Shown here piece after piece: positions 9,093 to 18,425 of a stretch of DNA of 64,000 nt. The notes below the pieces were generated by a model. That model searched no databases. It worked only from the letters and a program-made list of their open reading frames with translations, and was not told the DNA's origin. The position numbers and the translations under genes were made by a program. Source of the DNA: Bdellovibrionales bacterium (GTDB taxonomy: Bacteria; Bdellovibrionota; Bdellovibrionia; Bdellovibrionales; JAGQZY01); NCBI GenBank assembly GCA_964230645.1, contig CAXRHT010000003.1, forward strand, positions 192,001-256,000. The letters run 5' to 3'. Numbering within the stretch: position 1 is the stretch's first letter; each line of letters opens with the position of its first letter.

Positions 9093-9649
9093 AGTTTCAT
9101 TATGTCTTTTTCTTTTTCCTCAGCCACTTTATCTAAATCAGCCGTGTATTTGTCTGTGAGTTTCTGAATGGCATCCTGATGAGATTTACTTTCGTCCTCA
9201 CTGATTTCTTTGTCTTTCAATGCTTGTTTAAGCTCATCATTGGCATCTTTTCGAGCCATGCGAACGGCGACTTTAGCATCCTCCACCATTTGTTTGGTCT
9301 TCTTAACAAGCTCTTTACGTCTTTCCTCAGTCAATTCAGGAAGCTTGAGTCGAATGACTTTACCATCATTGATGGGCGCCATGCCGATGTCACTTTTTAC
9401 GATAGATGATTCAATAGATTTGAGAACAGAAGTTTCCCAAGGTGTAATTAAAAAACTTCGCGCATCCGGAGTTGAAACAGAAGCCACCTGATTGAGTGGG
9501 GTCATATTTCCATAATACTCCACTTTCACTCCATCGAGCATAGAGACTTGTGCACGTCCTGTTCTCACTTTTTTAAAGTCTTCCGTTAGTGAAGAGACGG
9601 CATCTTTCATTTTTTGTTCGGTTTCTTTTTGTAGAGTTGAAAATTCCAC
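9089..9649 (-). CDS. frr: Ribosome recycling factor
   Basis: RTGRA, YYG..TPLNQVA, LTEERRKELVK. Confidence 0.97.
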   Translation of the reverse strand: MEFSTLQKETEQKMKDAVSSLTEDFKKVRTGRAQVSMLDGVKVEYYGNMTPLNQVASVSTPDARSFLITPWETSVLKSIESSIVKSDIGMAPINDGKVIRLKLPELTEERRKELVKKTKQMVEDAKVAVRMARKDANDELKQALKDKEISEDESKSHQDAIQKLTDKYTADLDKVAEEKEKDIMKL

Positions 9650-9663
9650 GGAATCTCCCTTTC

Positions 9664-10380
9664 TTAAGAATGAATAATAGAGCCCACGGGGTCTCCCTTG
9701 AGCACACTTAAAATATTACCTTTTTGCATGAGTTTAAATATTGAAATAGGCATTTTGTTGTCCATGCATAAACTAATTGCCGTTGAATCGATAACCTTCA
9801 AACCTTGGCTAAGAGCCTCATGGTGACTGATGGCTTCCACCTTTACAGCATCATCAAACTTTCTGGGGTCTTTGTCATAGATTCCATCAACATTTGTTGC
9901 CTTAAGTATGATCTCGGCGTTGATTTCCATCCCTCTCAAGGCAGCGGCCGTATCGGTCGTAAAGTAAGGGTTTCCAGTACCGGCGGCAAAAATCACGATA
10001 CGCCCCTTTTCCAAGTGGCGTACGGATTTACGACGAATATAGGGCTCTGCAATCTGGGCCATCTCAATGGCTGACTGAACTCTTGTTTGGACATCCAGTG
10101 TTTCTAAGGCATCTTGCAGCGCCAAAGCATTAATACAAGTTGCAAGCATACCCATATAGTCACTACTGGCACGGTCCATACCTTTTGCAGCAGCAGCCAC
10201 TCCGCGAAAAATATTTCCGCCACCAATGACCACACCCAACTGGATGTTTTGCTCAGTCACAGATTTGATTTCCTGTGCCACTTGTTTGATGACATCGGTA
10301 TTAATTCCGTAGCCCTCTTCACCAGCTAAGGCTTCTCCACTGATTTTTAAAAGGGCTCTTTTATACTTGGGTAAGCTCAC
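9664..10380 (-). CDS. pyrH: UMP kinase
   Basis: [33 protein letters not shown]. Confidence 0.97.
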   Translation of the reverse strand: MSLPKYKRALLKISGEALAGEEGYGINTDVIKQVAQEIKSVTEQNIQLGVVIGGGNIFRGVAAAAKGMDRASSDYMGMLATCINALALQDALETLDVQTRVQSAIEMAQIAEPYIRRKSVRHLEKGRIVIFAAGTGNPYFTTDTAAALRGMEINAEIILKATNVDGIYDKDPRKFDDAVKVEAISHHEALSQGLKVIDSTAISLCMDNKMPISIFKLMQKGNILSVLKGDPVGSIIHS

Positions 10381-10399
10381 AATTGATATCCTCTAAATT

Positions 10400-11050
10400 C
10401 TATTCTTTAATGGCTGCAGCGACTTCGTCGGCAAAATTGTCGGCTTTCTTTTCGATTCCTTCACCAAGTTCAAAGCGAACAAAGCGTCGAATCACAAGAT
10501 TCTCGCCAATTCTGGCTACAGTATTTTGCAAGTGATCGGCCACAGTAATATCTGGGTTTTTCACATACTTTTGCTCCATCAAGCAATTTTCTGCTAACCA
10601 TTTGTTGATCTGACCACCAACAATTTTGTCGATCATTTCTTCTTTTTTGCCTTCTTCTTTGTTTTTGGCAGTAAGAACTTGTTTTTCTTTATCGATTTCG
10701 GCCTGTGGAATTTCTTCTTTGGAAACAGCTAGAGGAGCTGTTGCAGCGATATGCATGGCGATGTCGGTTGTGAATTGCTTGAATTCATCGTTTCTAGCCA
10801 CAAAGTCTGTTTCAGAGTTAATTTCAACAAGAACACCAATTTTTCCACCGGCGTGAATGTAAGATGTGACGAGTCCTTCAGCGGCCGTTCTTCCCGATTT
10901 TTTAGCGGCTTTACTGAGGCCCTTTTTTCTTAGCCAATCAGAGGCTTTTTCAAAGTCACCCTCGTTTTCTTGAAGCGCTTTTTTGCAATCGAGCATTCCG
11001 GCACTGGTTCTTTCTCTTAATTCTTTCACCATTTGAGCTGTGATAGCCAT
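10400..11050 (-). CDS. tsf: Elongation factor Ts (short form)
   Basis: VKELRERTSAGMLDCKKAL, EINSETDFVA, RFELGEGIEKK; AGGAGA RBS upstream of ATG 11050. Confidence 0.97.
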   Translation of the reverse strand: MAITAQMVKELRERTSAGMLDCKKALQENEGDFEKASDWLRKKGLSKAAKKSGRTAAEGLVTSYIHAGGKIGVLVEINSETDFVARNDEFKQFTTDIAMHIAATAPLAVSKEEIPQAEIDKEKQVLTAKNKEEGKKEEMIDKIVGGQINKWLAENCLMEQKYVKNPDITVADHLQNTVARIGENLVIRRFVRFELGEGIEKKADNFADEVAAAIKE

Positions 11051-11076
11051 GTTCAAATCTCCTTTAAATTAATTGC

Positions 11077-11108
11077 AATAAACAAGGCCCGCCAAAGATG
11101 GCGGGCTT
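11077..11108 (-). terminator. Intrinsic terminator/attenuator hairpin between rpsB and tsf
   Basis: Minus strand GCCCGCCA-tctt-TGGCGGGC followed by cttgtttatt. Confidence 0.6.
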
Positions 11109-11124
11109 AGATAAACAGGGAAAA

Positions 11125-12126
11125 CTAGTCTTTTTTACTTTTGTCTTCGTCTGTATTTTCAGGGGTGATAATTTCTTCGCCCTTTTTATTCTTTTCAGAA
11201 TCTGGGTCCGTATCAGCAACAACCACTTTTTCTGGTCCCTCTTCATCACTGGCAGAGGCTTCCACTTCGGACATAATTTCAATCTCGTCAGCAGTACCAG
11301 CGGCAACAAGCTTACGCCCTTTGCTCGCTTTAACCACAGCCGGCCCACCTTGTTGTTGCTGTTGAGGAGAAGCTTCTTTCTTCTCTTTTTCTTTCTGTTC
11401 AGCTTCAACATCGGACTGCTTGTCTGATTGGGTACGAAGTTTTTGCTCCCATTTTTTAGAACCAGCAAGATAGGCGTCGGCCACAAGGTTACAAAAAAGT
11501 TTGATGGAGCGAATAGCATCATCATTTCCAGGGATTGGATATTCGATCTCTTCAGGATCTGAATTTGTATCGCAAATTCCGAAGACGTTCATACCCAAGT
11601 TTTTGGCTTCTTTCACAGCAATGTGCTCTTTGGTCACATCGACAATAAAAATCATCCCAGGGGGTTCTTTCATGTCGCGAATTCCCTCGAGATATTCATT
11701 CAATTTTGTGTATTCTTTTTCGATTTGAGAGCGCTCTTTTTTGGAAAAGAAATCAAGCTCACCTTTATCACGCATTTGATCAATCTTTTTAAGACGATCA
11801 ATGGATTGTTTAATGGTGACAAAGTTGGTGAGAGTTCCACCGAGCCATCTTTTAGTGACGTAGTACTGGTCACATTTTTTAGCAGCCTCTTGAATGGCTT
11901 CAACAGCTTGCTTTTTTGTACCCACGAAAATGATTTTTTTACCTTCAGCGGCTTGGTCTTCTACAGCCTTAAGAGCTGTTTTAGTCATTTCCAATGTTTT
12001 TTGTAGATCGATAATGTGAATTCCTCCACGATCTCCAAAAACATAGGGTTTCATTTTAGGGTTCCATCTTTGTGTCTGATGGCCGAAGTGAACGCCCGAA
12101 TCGAGCATATCTTTAAGGGTAACCAT
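11125..12126 (-). CDS. rpsB: 30S ribosomal protein S2 with a long C-terminal extension
   Basis: GVHFGHQTQRWNPKM, FVGTKKQA, RWLGGTLTN, PGNDDAIRSI. Confidence 0.98.
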   Translation of the reverse strand: MVTLKDMLDSGVHFGHQTQRWNPKMKPYVFGDRGGIHIIDLQKTLEMTKTALKAVEDQAAEGKKIIFVGTKKQAVEAIQEAAKKCDQYYVTKRWLGGTLTNFVTIKQSIDRLKKIDQMRDKGELDFFSKKERSQIEKEYTKLNEYLEGIRDMKEPPGMIFIVDVTKEHIAVKEAKNLGMNVFGICDTNSDPEEIEYPIPGNDDAIRSIKLFCNLVADAYLAGSKKWEQKLRTQSDKQSDVEAEQKEKEKKEASPQQQQQGGPAVVKASKGRKLVAAGTADEIEIMSEVEASASDEEGPEKVVVADTDPDSEKNKKGEEIITPENTDEDKSKKD

Positions 12127-12147
12127 ATTTATCCTCCTATCTGGTTA

Positions 12148-12210
12148 GTCCTCCCTTCCAGCCTTGATTCCCTACAAAAGGAACACCAGTTGAGTTCTGG
12201 AAGGTGCGAA
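12148..12210 (-). promoter_or_regulatory. Probable rpsB 5' leader stem-loop (S2 autoregulation)
   Basis: Minus strand cgcaCCTTCCAG...CTGGAAGGgagg stem with an inner ttcct/gggaa hairpin, just upstream of the rpsB RBS. Confidence 0.5.
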
Positions 12211-12317
12211 TTAAACTGATTGTTCAGTTAGACCGAGGGTTTAGCATGGTGAGGGCAGTGTGTCGACCCAAAAAGTGAGTTCAGAGAAGTTAAGTAAGGC
12301 TGGGGATAACTTGTTTC

Positions 12318-12352
12318 TATAAAAGAGAGACTAACTCTCAGAAAAGTTAGTC
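12318..12352 (-). terminator. Possible intrinsic terminator
   Basis: GACTAACT-N8-AGTTAGTC followed on the minus strand by tctctttt; lies downstream of 12383-13477. Confidence 0.4.
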
Positions 12353-12382
12353 ATTCTAGATCCTTGTAAGGGCCTCAAGCCC

Positions 12383-13477
12383 CTAGAGGCTCGGACTTTC
12401 CTCAGCTTGAGAATTATTCACTGGGTTTTCCACAAGCTCAGCGGCCGCTTTTAGACCACTTTGCACTTCTGAGACCCAACCAGGACGTCCCTCAAAAAGA
12501 GGAGAGAAGGCGTAGAGGTTTGTGGTTTGGGGTAAAAGTCCCCCTTCAAAGCTGAACTTCTCCATATCTGAGTACACGCGGTGATGAACCAAGATATGTT
12601 CATTGTCTTTAGGGTCTTCGGGGAAGCCAAAGGCACGCTTAAACTGCTTTTTTATCTCTTTCACCAAAGAGCCTGTGGTTTCATCGTCGGCGGTGAGTTC
12701 GGCAGGGAAAAAGGCCTCCCATCTTGAAATTAGGTGTCCCTCTATTCGAGAGAACATACCGAGGCAGGGTTGCAGTTTTGAGCCCATAAGAAGGTAAAGT
12801 TGATCAGCCTCCCACTGCTCTGGTTCCACTTCGTGATGAATGACCATATTCACAGAAGAGTACCATTTGCATTTGCCAAATTGACTGGCCACCTTTTTCA
12901 TATGGTTTCCTAGCTTGTCGAAGAGGAAATCGAAATGATCGAAGAAATAAAAGTTCTCTCCTCTGAGCTGAGTTTTAGCATTGAGAGTAACAGTATCGAC
13001 CTGATTGTTTTCAAGCTGGATGTCGGTAATCTGCTGGTCTAAAAAAATAGGATCCTCTTCCCAGTTAATAATCTTTTCCCACTGGTTTTCCACTTGCAAT
13101 TGAGGAATATGTGACTCGGTAGAAAGAAAGGGTGTCACCGCTTCTTGTGATTCAATCTTTAAATCTCCAAATCCGAGAAAGCTCTTAAAATTTCCTTTAT
13201 CGAAAGTCAGTGGTGGACCATCCACCTTTTTAATTTCTCCCCAGATGGGAGTGTCTGTTTCCTCGACTTCAAAACTTGCATTGAATGGAACGCGAGTGGA
13301 GACCCTTGTTTCAAGGCTAGGAATCATTTTGATGGGGCTACTACCAAAGTGTTTGGAGTCAACGATACAGTAGCTTTCGTTTTTATTTTTTAAATAATGG
13401 GCGAAAGTGGCTGATGATAAATTGAAGCCGATGAGGACATGGTCGTATTTCTTTTGGAGCTTGGGAAAATTCTGCAT
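12383..13477 (-). CDS. Hypothetical protein, possibly a degenerate FAD/Rossmann-fold protein
   Basis: 364-aa ORF; YDHVLIG...A..L......IVD resembles a degenerate dinucleotide-binding start. Confidence 0.65.
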   Translation of the reverse strand: MQNFPKLQKKYDHVLIGFNLSSATFAHYLKNKNESYCIVDSKHFGSSPIKMIPSLETRVSTRVPFNASFEVEETDTPIWGEIKKVDGPPLTFDKGNFKSFLGFGDLKIESQEAVTPFLSTESHIPQLQVENQWEKIINWEEDPIFLDQQITDIQLENNQVDTVTLNAKTQLRGENFYFFDHFDFLFDKLGNHMKKVASQFGKCKWYSSVNMVIHHEVEPEQWEADQLYLLMGSKLQPCLGMFSRIEGHLISRWEAFFPAELTADDETTGSLVKEIKKQFKRAFGFPEDPKDNEHILVHHRVYSDMEKFSFEGGLLPQTTNLYAFSPLFEGRPGWVSEVQSGLKAAAELVENPVNNSQAEESPSL

Positions 13478-13488
13478 GAGTATAAAAT

Positions 13489-14379
13489 TTAAGAATCTCG
13501 CTTTGCTGGCAAGGGAAAAATGGCTTTTACCATTCTTGCGACCCCCTGCAACACAACACGGGCAACAGGTTTGAGCTGAGGAAACTGATAAAGGAGCGCC
13601 ACTAAAACCCCAGAGTTCTTATAGTAAAAAGCAACGAAGTTTCTACCATGAGGGGAGCTTTTTAAAATTTGGTCTCGAAAGAGGCATAAGGTGCGAACCG
13701 TCGGGTCTGTGCGAGTTTCAAAGGCTGCGTTGGCAACAAAACAGCGTGAGGCTTGAGCATCACAGAGTTTTAAAAGGTGCTTGTAGGCTTGAGTATTACG
13801 ACCTTTACGATACTCTTTTTCCGCTTTTCTAATGATTGTGTTGTACACGGGGGAGAAGCGTAAGAATTTGGAAAGAAGTTCGGCTGTTTGCATCTGCTTC
13901 TGGGCAAATTTCTGATGAGAATCATAGATAAGCATAAGGTCCCATAACACTGAGCAGATGATAGTAATTTCTTTTGGATGGCTGTTGAAGTCTTGTGGTT
14001 TGAGATCTTCGTTTTTTCTGTCGCCTTCACTGGAGACAAGCTTTAAGATTTTAAGATATTTCTCATAACAGACAGCCGCTTCACCATAGTTACCATTTTG
14101 TAAAAGCAATCTTCCTTGCCGAACGAGCTGAGTCCGACTTTTCCAGAGAGCCCCTTTGTGTTTAAGCTGTGCCTCCTCTTTGGCTTGGAGTTGCGCTCCT
14201 TGTGAGGCGGCCTTTTTTAGCTCTTTTAGGCATTTGGCACACACATTATTAGGGACTTCAGCCATGCCACTTTTAGCAAGAGACAATTTTAGACCAGAAT
14301 CGACATTCATCAAATTCGGATCATTAGCTCCACAATTTTGACAAGTCGTTAAACTCTCTTCAGTAACCTCTTCACTCAT
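13489..14379 (-). CDS. Zinc-ribbon + TPR-like + CFI-box-CTERM domain protein
   Basis: CQNC...CAKC; helical AAVCYEKYL region; C-terminal CFVANAAF...V..L..FRDQIL...GRNFVAFYY..S. Confidence 0.75.
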   Translation of the reverse strand: MSEEVTEESLTTCQNCGANDPNLMNVDSGLKLSLAKSGMAEVPNNVCAKCLKELKKAASQGAQLQAKEEAQLKHKGALWKSRTQLVRQGRLLLQNGNYGEAAVCYEKYLKILKLVSSEGDRKNEDLKPQDFNSHPKEITIICSVLWDLMLIYDSHQKFAQKQMQTAELLSKFLRFSPVYNTIIRKAEKEYRKGRNTQAYKHLLKLCDAQASRCFVANAAFETRTDPTVRTLCLFRDQILKSSPHGRNFVAFYYKNSGVLVALLYQFPQLKPVARVVLQGVARMVKAIFPLPAKRDS

Positions 14380-14557
14380 GTTTATTATGTTAAGGGTAGC
14401 AGCGGGGATTGTTAAACAAAAATTTAAACGAATGGCATTTCTCCCTCTTCATTAGGGGGCTTGAGTTGATATTGGTAGTGTTACTGTTTAGTCAAATAGG
14501 ATTACTTCTGCGTACGATCATGTTTTTTTACCCTTGCACTCGATCGGAAGCTTTTGA

Positions 14558-16588
14558 CTAAAGTAGAGTATAAGGATCAACATCAATAAGGCATTTTGTT
14601 TTTTTACATTGATCCCTAATGAATTGATCGGCCATTTTTGCGATGTGATTAATAGTCTGATGATCTTTAGCTTTAATGAGTAAATGGTAGCGGAATCGAT
14701 TTTTTATTTTGGTCAACGGAGAGGGTGTGGGGCCTAAGACTTGCACACCACCTAACTGATCGTATTTCTCAATTAATTGCTTGAGGTAATTGGCAAGAGC
14801 TTGAGATTCTTCGATAACCTCTTGCTCTCTTAACCCAGAAACTCGAATGGAGGTGATTTTACCAAAAGGAGGATAGTGGAAGAGTTTGCGATTCTCTGCC
14901 TCCTCTTCAACGAATTGATAGTAATTGTGGTTTTTCACCGCCTGTAGACTTGGATGTTCTTTTTTATAAGTCTGAATGACCACTTCACCGGGAACGGCAT
15001 GGCGACCAGCACGTCCACTGACTTGAGTGCAGAGTTGATAACCTCGTTCACTCGCCCTAAAATCGGGAATATTGAAAGCCACATCGGCATGGATAATTCC
15101 CACGAGAGTGAGATTTTTAAAATCTAAGCCTTTTGCAATCATCTGGGTTCCAATGAGGAAATCGATTTCTGAGTTCTCCATTTTTCGAACCATTTCCTCT
15201 AAAGCTTCACGACTTTGAATCTCGTCACGGTCGGCACGGAAAACTCGCGCCTCTGGGAAAAGCTCTAAGATTCCCTTCTCCACGGCTTCAGTTCCAAGGC
15301 CATAAGCTTTTGGTTCGCCTTCTTTGCAGTCGGGGCACTCATCACTTTTACGTTCATGATAATTGCAATAGTGGCAAACGAGATGATGTTTTCCATGCAG
15401 GGTTAGTGAAATATCACAATTGGGACATTCGTAGGAGAATCCACAGTCATAGCATTGCACGTTTGGCGCGATCCCTCGTCGATTTAAGAAAAGAGCCGTT
15501 TGCTGAGAGTTTTCAAAGGTATTTTTTAGTTTTTTAAAAAGAGTTTCAGAAAGCCAGTAGGGGAGTTCATTATGCTCATCTCGGTCCTCTCTTGGATTGA
15601 CAATTGTCACCTCTGGCAAAGGGCGATTGGATACGCGATTTTTCAAAGTCAGTAGTTTAAACTTTCCCTCTTTTGCATTTTGCCAAGACTCTAAACTAGG
15701 GGTGGCGGAACCAAGGATAATGGGGCACTTTTCCATCTTAGCTCTTACGATGGCCACATCTCTGGCGTTGTATTTCAACTTTTCTTCTTGTTTGAAACTG
15801 GTCTCATGTTCCTCGTCTACGACGATGACACCTAAATTGGGAACAGGACAAAAGAGCGCTGAGCGCGCCCCGATTAAAAGTTTCTTATCACCCTCAACAA
15901 TTTGCCACCATTGATCCGTTTTTTCTCTATCGGTTAAATGGGAATGAAGAACGGCGATCTGGTCTTGGAAGCGTTCCGCAAAACGTCGTACCAGTTGAGG
16001 AGTGAGTGAAATCTCAGGAACAAGAACCATCGCTTTTTTTCCTGATGCTATGACTTGCTCGATTACCTCGATATAAACTTCTGTTTTTCCCGAACCAGTA
16101 ACACCGTGAAGAAGATAGGTTTCAGAAGACTTAACATCAATCTCTGAGAGAACACTTTTTTGTTCATCGGTAAGGTCAGGGGCTGTAATGGGTTCAACGT
16201 CTGGAACGATATCTTTTTTTCGACTTTTGCGGTTAGATTTTTTTTTTAGTGGGGGAAAGACCGATTGTTGGACTTGTCCAAGAGGATAAACATAGTAGTC
16301 TGATATCCATTGCAGCCACTTGATTTGCATCTTGCTTAACGGAATTTTTTCTGGATCTTTTTCAGCAATCGTTTTGGTTTTAAAATCCTTAGACGATTCT
16401 TTTGCCTCAGTGGGGCCGATGACAAGGCCTTGTACCTTCCTGTTTTTGGGACCAAACGGAACTTTTACCGGATCACCCGGTTGAACTTTCAAATCTTCAC
16501 TGGCTTCATAGGTAAAGGTATCAGGAAGTGGGACATTAAGAGCAACCTCCCAAAGTTTCCCTTGAGAGGTCAGCGGAGATTCAGACAC
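14558..16588 (-). CDS. priA: Primosomal protein N'
   Basis: LHGVTGSGKTEVY, VPEISLTPQ, DEEHE, SATPS, four CxxC pairs, GTQMIAKG, QVSGRAGR. Confidence 0.97.
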   Translation of the reverse strand: MSESPLTSQGKLWEVALNVPLPDTFTYEASEDLKVQPGDPVKVPFGPKNRKVQGLVIGPTEAKESSKDFKTKTIAEKDPEKIPLSKMQIKWLQWISDYYVYPLGQVQQSVFPPLKKKSNRKSRKKDIVPDVEPITAPDLTDEQKSVLSEIDVKSSETYLLHGVTGSGKTEVYIEVIEQVIASGKKAMVLVPEISLTPQLVRRFAERFQDQIAVLHSHLTDREKTDQWWQIVEGDKKLLIGARSALFCPVPNLGVIVVDEEHETSFKQEEKLKYNARDVAIVRAKMEKCPIILGSATPSLESWQNAKEGKFKLLTLKNRVSNRPLPEVTIVNPREDRDEHNELPYWLSETLFKKLKNTFENSQQTALFLNRRGIAPNVQCYDCGFSYECPNCDISLTLHGKHHLVCHYCNYHERKSDECPDCKEGEPKAYGLGTEAVEKGILELFPEARVFRADRDEIQSREALEEMVRKMENSEIDFLIGTQMIAKGLDFKNLTLVGIIHADVAFNIPDFRASERGYQLCTQVSGRAGRHAVPGEVVIQTYKKEHPSLQAVKNHNYYQFVEEEAENRKLFHYPPFGKITSIRVSGLREQEVIEESQALANYLKQLIEKYDQLGGVQVLGPTPSPLTKIKNRFRYHLLIKAKDHQTINHIAKMADQFIRDQCKKTKCLIDVDPYTLL

Positions 16589-17418
16589 TAACGAAACCTC
16601 GAATAAAACTCTTTAATCAATGGATCCGTCGGAATCGTTCCTTTTTCGGAAGAATCCAATTGCCAATCTTTCTTGGTGGCGTTTACTCTTTCTGCTGCTA
16701 ATAATTTGATGCGAGCGACTTTATCATTCCAACTGATTTGTTGTTCACCGGGAAGTCTCAAGCCGCCAACAAAAGTTTGGTACTGAGAGTTCACAAACTC
16801 GGCCTCTGATTGCAAACGTCCTTTCTTAATAATGAACGAGTCTTGTTCGACCCACAAAACGGTTTGATTCTGACTGCCCTGGCTATTTGTTTTTGCACCA
16901 ATGGCGTAGTTTACCGATCCTTCCATGGGAGCAAGGCTTATGAAAGGCTCTGGAGTGAGTTTGGTTTTGCCTTCCACGTAATTAGGAGGTGTAGAGTCCT
17001 TCACCCAGGCAGGTACAAATTTATAGCCGATGAGGCGATTCAATAAACTTTTATGATAGCGATCATGAAAAAGTGGCTCGAAGAAATCTTTGCTTTTTTG
17101 AAAACTCTTTACCGCTTTTTTACGACTCAAGGTTTTTCGGTTGCGGGCGTTGTAGAGAATTTCAAAGCTCCATGGGTTATTACTGTCAAGACTTGAAACT
17201 TCCAACTTCATCTTATCGCCATGAGCGACAGTCCAGACCTCACGAGCTTTAATTTTTTTCTCGGGAGAGGAAAGGTCAACTTCGCGAACAATTTTGTAAT
17301 CCCGTTGCCCGTTGTTGCTAGTCATTTTTTTAACAATTGTTTTGGCTCGAGGGATATAGGCGTGGGCGGATTGGGCAACAAATAAACTAAATGCTAAGAA
17401 AAAAAGAGTGCGGTTCAT
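16588..17418 (-). CDS. Hypothetical exported protein
   Basis: Signal peptide (AHA-YIP); 276-aa ORF coupled to priA. Confidence 0.7.
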   Translation of the reverse strand: MNRTLFFLAFSLFVAQSAHAYIPRAKTIVKKMTSNNGQRDYKIVREVDLSSPEKKIKAREVWTVAHGDKMKLEVSSLDSNNPWSFEILYNARNRKTLSRKKAVKSFQKSKDFFEPLFHDRYHKSLLNRLIGYKFVPAWVKDSTPPNYVEGKTKLTPEPFISLAPMEGSVNYAIGAKTNSQGSQNQTVLWVEQDSFIIKKGRLQSEAEFVNSQYQTFVGGLRLPGEQQISWNDKVARIKLLAAERVNATKKDWQLDSSEKGTIPTDPLIKEFYSRFR

Positions 17419-17429
17419 TTTAACTCTCC

Positions 17430-18299
17430 TCAGAGTTTTAAGTTTTTCAAGTAGGCTTTTAATGAGGGTCCGATTTGTGGATGCTTTAAACCCAACTCGA
17501 TATTAGCTTGAAGATAACCAAGTTTATCACCGGCGTCATATCGTTGGGCAACAAACTCAGTGGCGTAAAGGCCTTCAGTCTGGGCCACCTCAGTCATCGC
17601 ATCGGTTAATTGGATTTCACCATTTTTACCGGGAGGTAGGTTTTCTAATGAGTCAAAAATGGAGGCGTTAAATATGTACCTCCCCGGTAAGGCCCACTGA
17701 CTTGGACTCTGGTCGGGGTTTGGCTTTTCAATGACCGACCGAACTTTCATATTTTTTTCACCCGGGTTTTCAACATCGACGATTCCGTATTTGCTAACAT
17801 CTTGCTTAGGAACTTCCATTACAGCCACGGTCGACTTTTCAGTGCCTTTATAAGACTCAAGTAGTTGAGCCGTGACGTTTTTATCTTGAGTTTTAACCAT
17901 TATTTCATCACCCAACAAAACGGCAAAGGGCTCTTTTCCAACAATGGGTTTAGCGGTGTAAACAGCATGACCCAGTCCCTTAGCCTCTTTCTGTCGGATA
18001 CTAATAATCTCCACCATCGATTGAATATCTCGAACGAGCTCTAGAAGGTCTTCCTTGCCCGTTTTGACGAGAGTGTCTTCAAGTTCATAACTACGATCAA
18101 AAAAGTCTTCAATGGCTGTTTTGTTGCGTCCAGCGATAATGACTACGTCTTCCACACCCGCTTCAATAGCTTCCTTGACGACATGTAAGAGAATCGGCGT
18201 ATCCACAATTGGAAGCAGTTCTTTAGGGACAGTCTTCGTTGCTGGCAAAAAGCGGGTTCCTAGCCCTGCGGCTGGAATGACGGCCTTTTTGATTTTCAT
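17430..18299 (-). CDS. galU: UTP--glucose-1-phosphate uridylyltransferase
   Basis: KAVIPAAGLGTRFLPATK..PKE, RQKEAKGLGHAV, LGD, GEIQLTDA, RYDAG. Confidence 0.96.
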   Translation of the reverse strand: MKIKKAVIPAAGLGTRFLPATKTVPKELLPIVDTPILLHVVKEAIEAGVEDVVIIAGRNKTAIEDFFDRSYELEDTLVKTGKEDLLELVRDIQSMVEIISIRQKEAKGLGHAVYTAKPIVGKEPFAVLLGDEIMVKTQDKNVTAQLLESYKGTEKSTVAVMEVPKQDVSKYGIVDVENPGEKNMKVRSVIEKPNPDQSPSQWALPGRYIFNASIFDSLENLPPGKNGEIQLTDAMTEVAQTEGLYATEFVAQRYDAGDKLGYLQANIELGLKHPQIGPSLKAYLKNLKL

Positions 18300-18425
18300 G
18301 AAAACTCCCTTCTCAAAATGAAACACTGGAAATCAAATATTTACCATAATGGAATATTCAAAGGGAAAAATAAAGTCTCAAGAGGCATTTTCTGTTACTA
18401 TAATAGTCAGTATCTGGGGGGATTT

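Noticed and set aside
10400..11050. Short EF-Ts as a truncation or pseudogene
   Set aside because: ~200-aa EF-Ts forms are known in several phyla, and both termini are intact.
12301..12309. DnaA-box-like TTATCCCCA on the minus strand
   Set aside because: A single imperfect box with no cluster or origin-associated genes.
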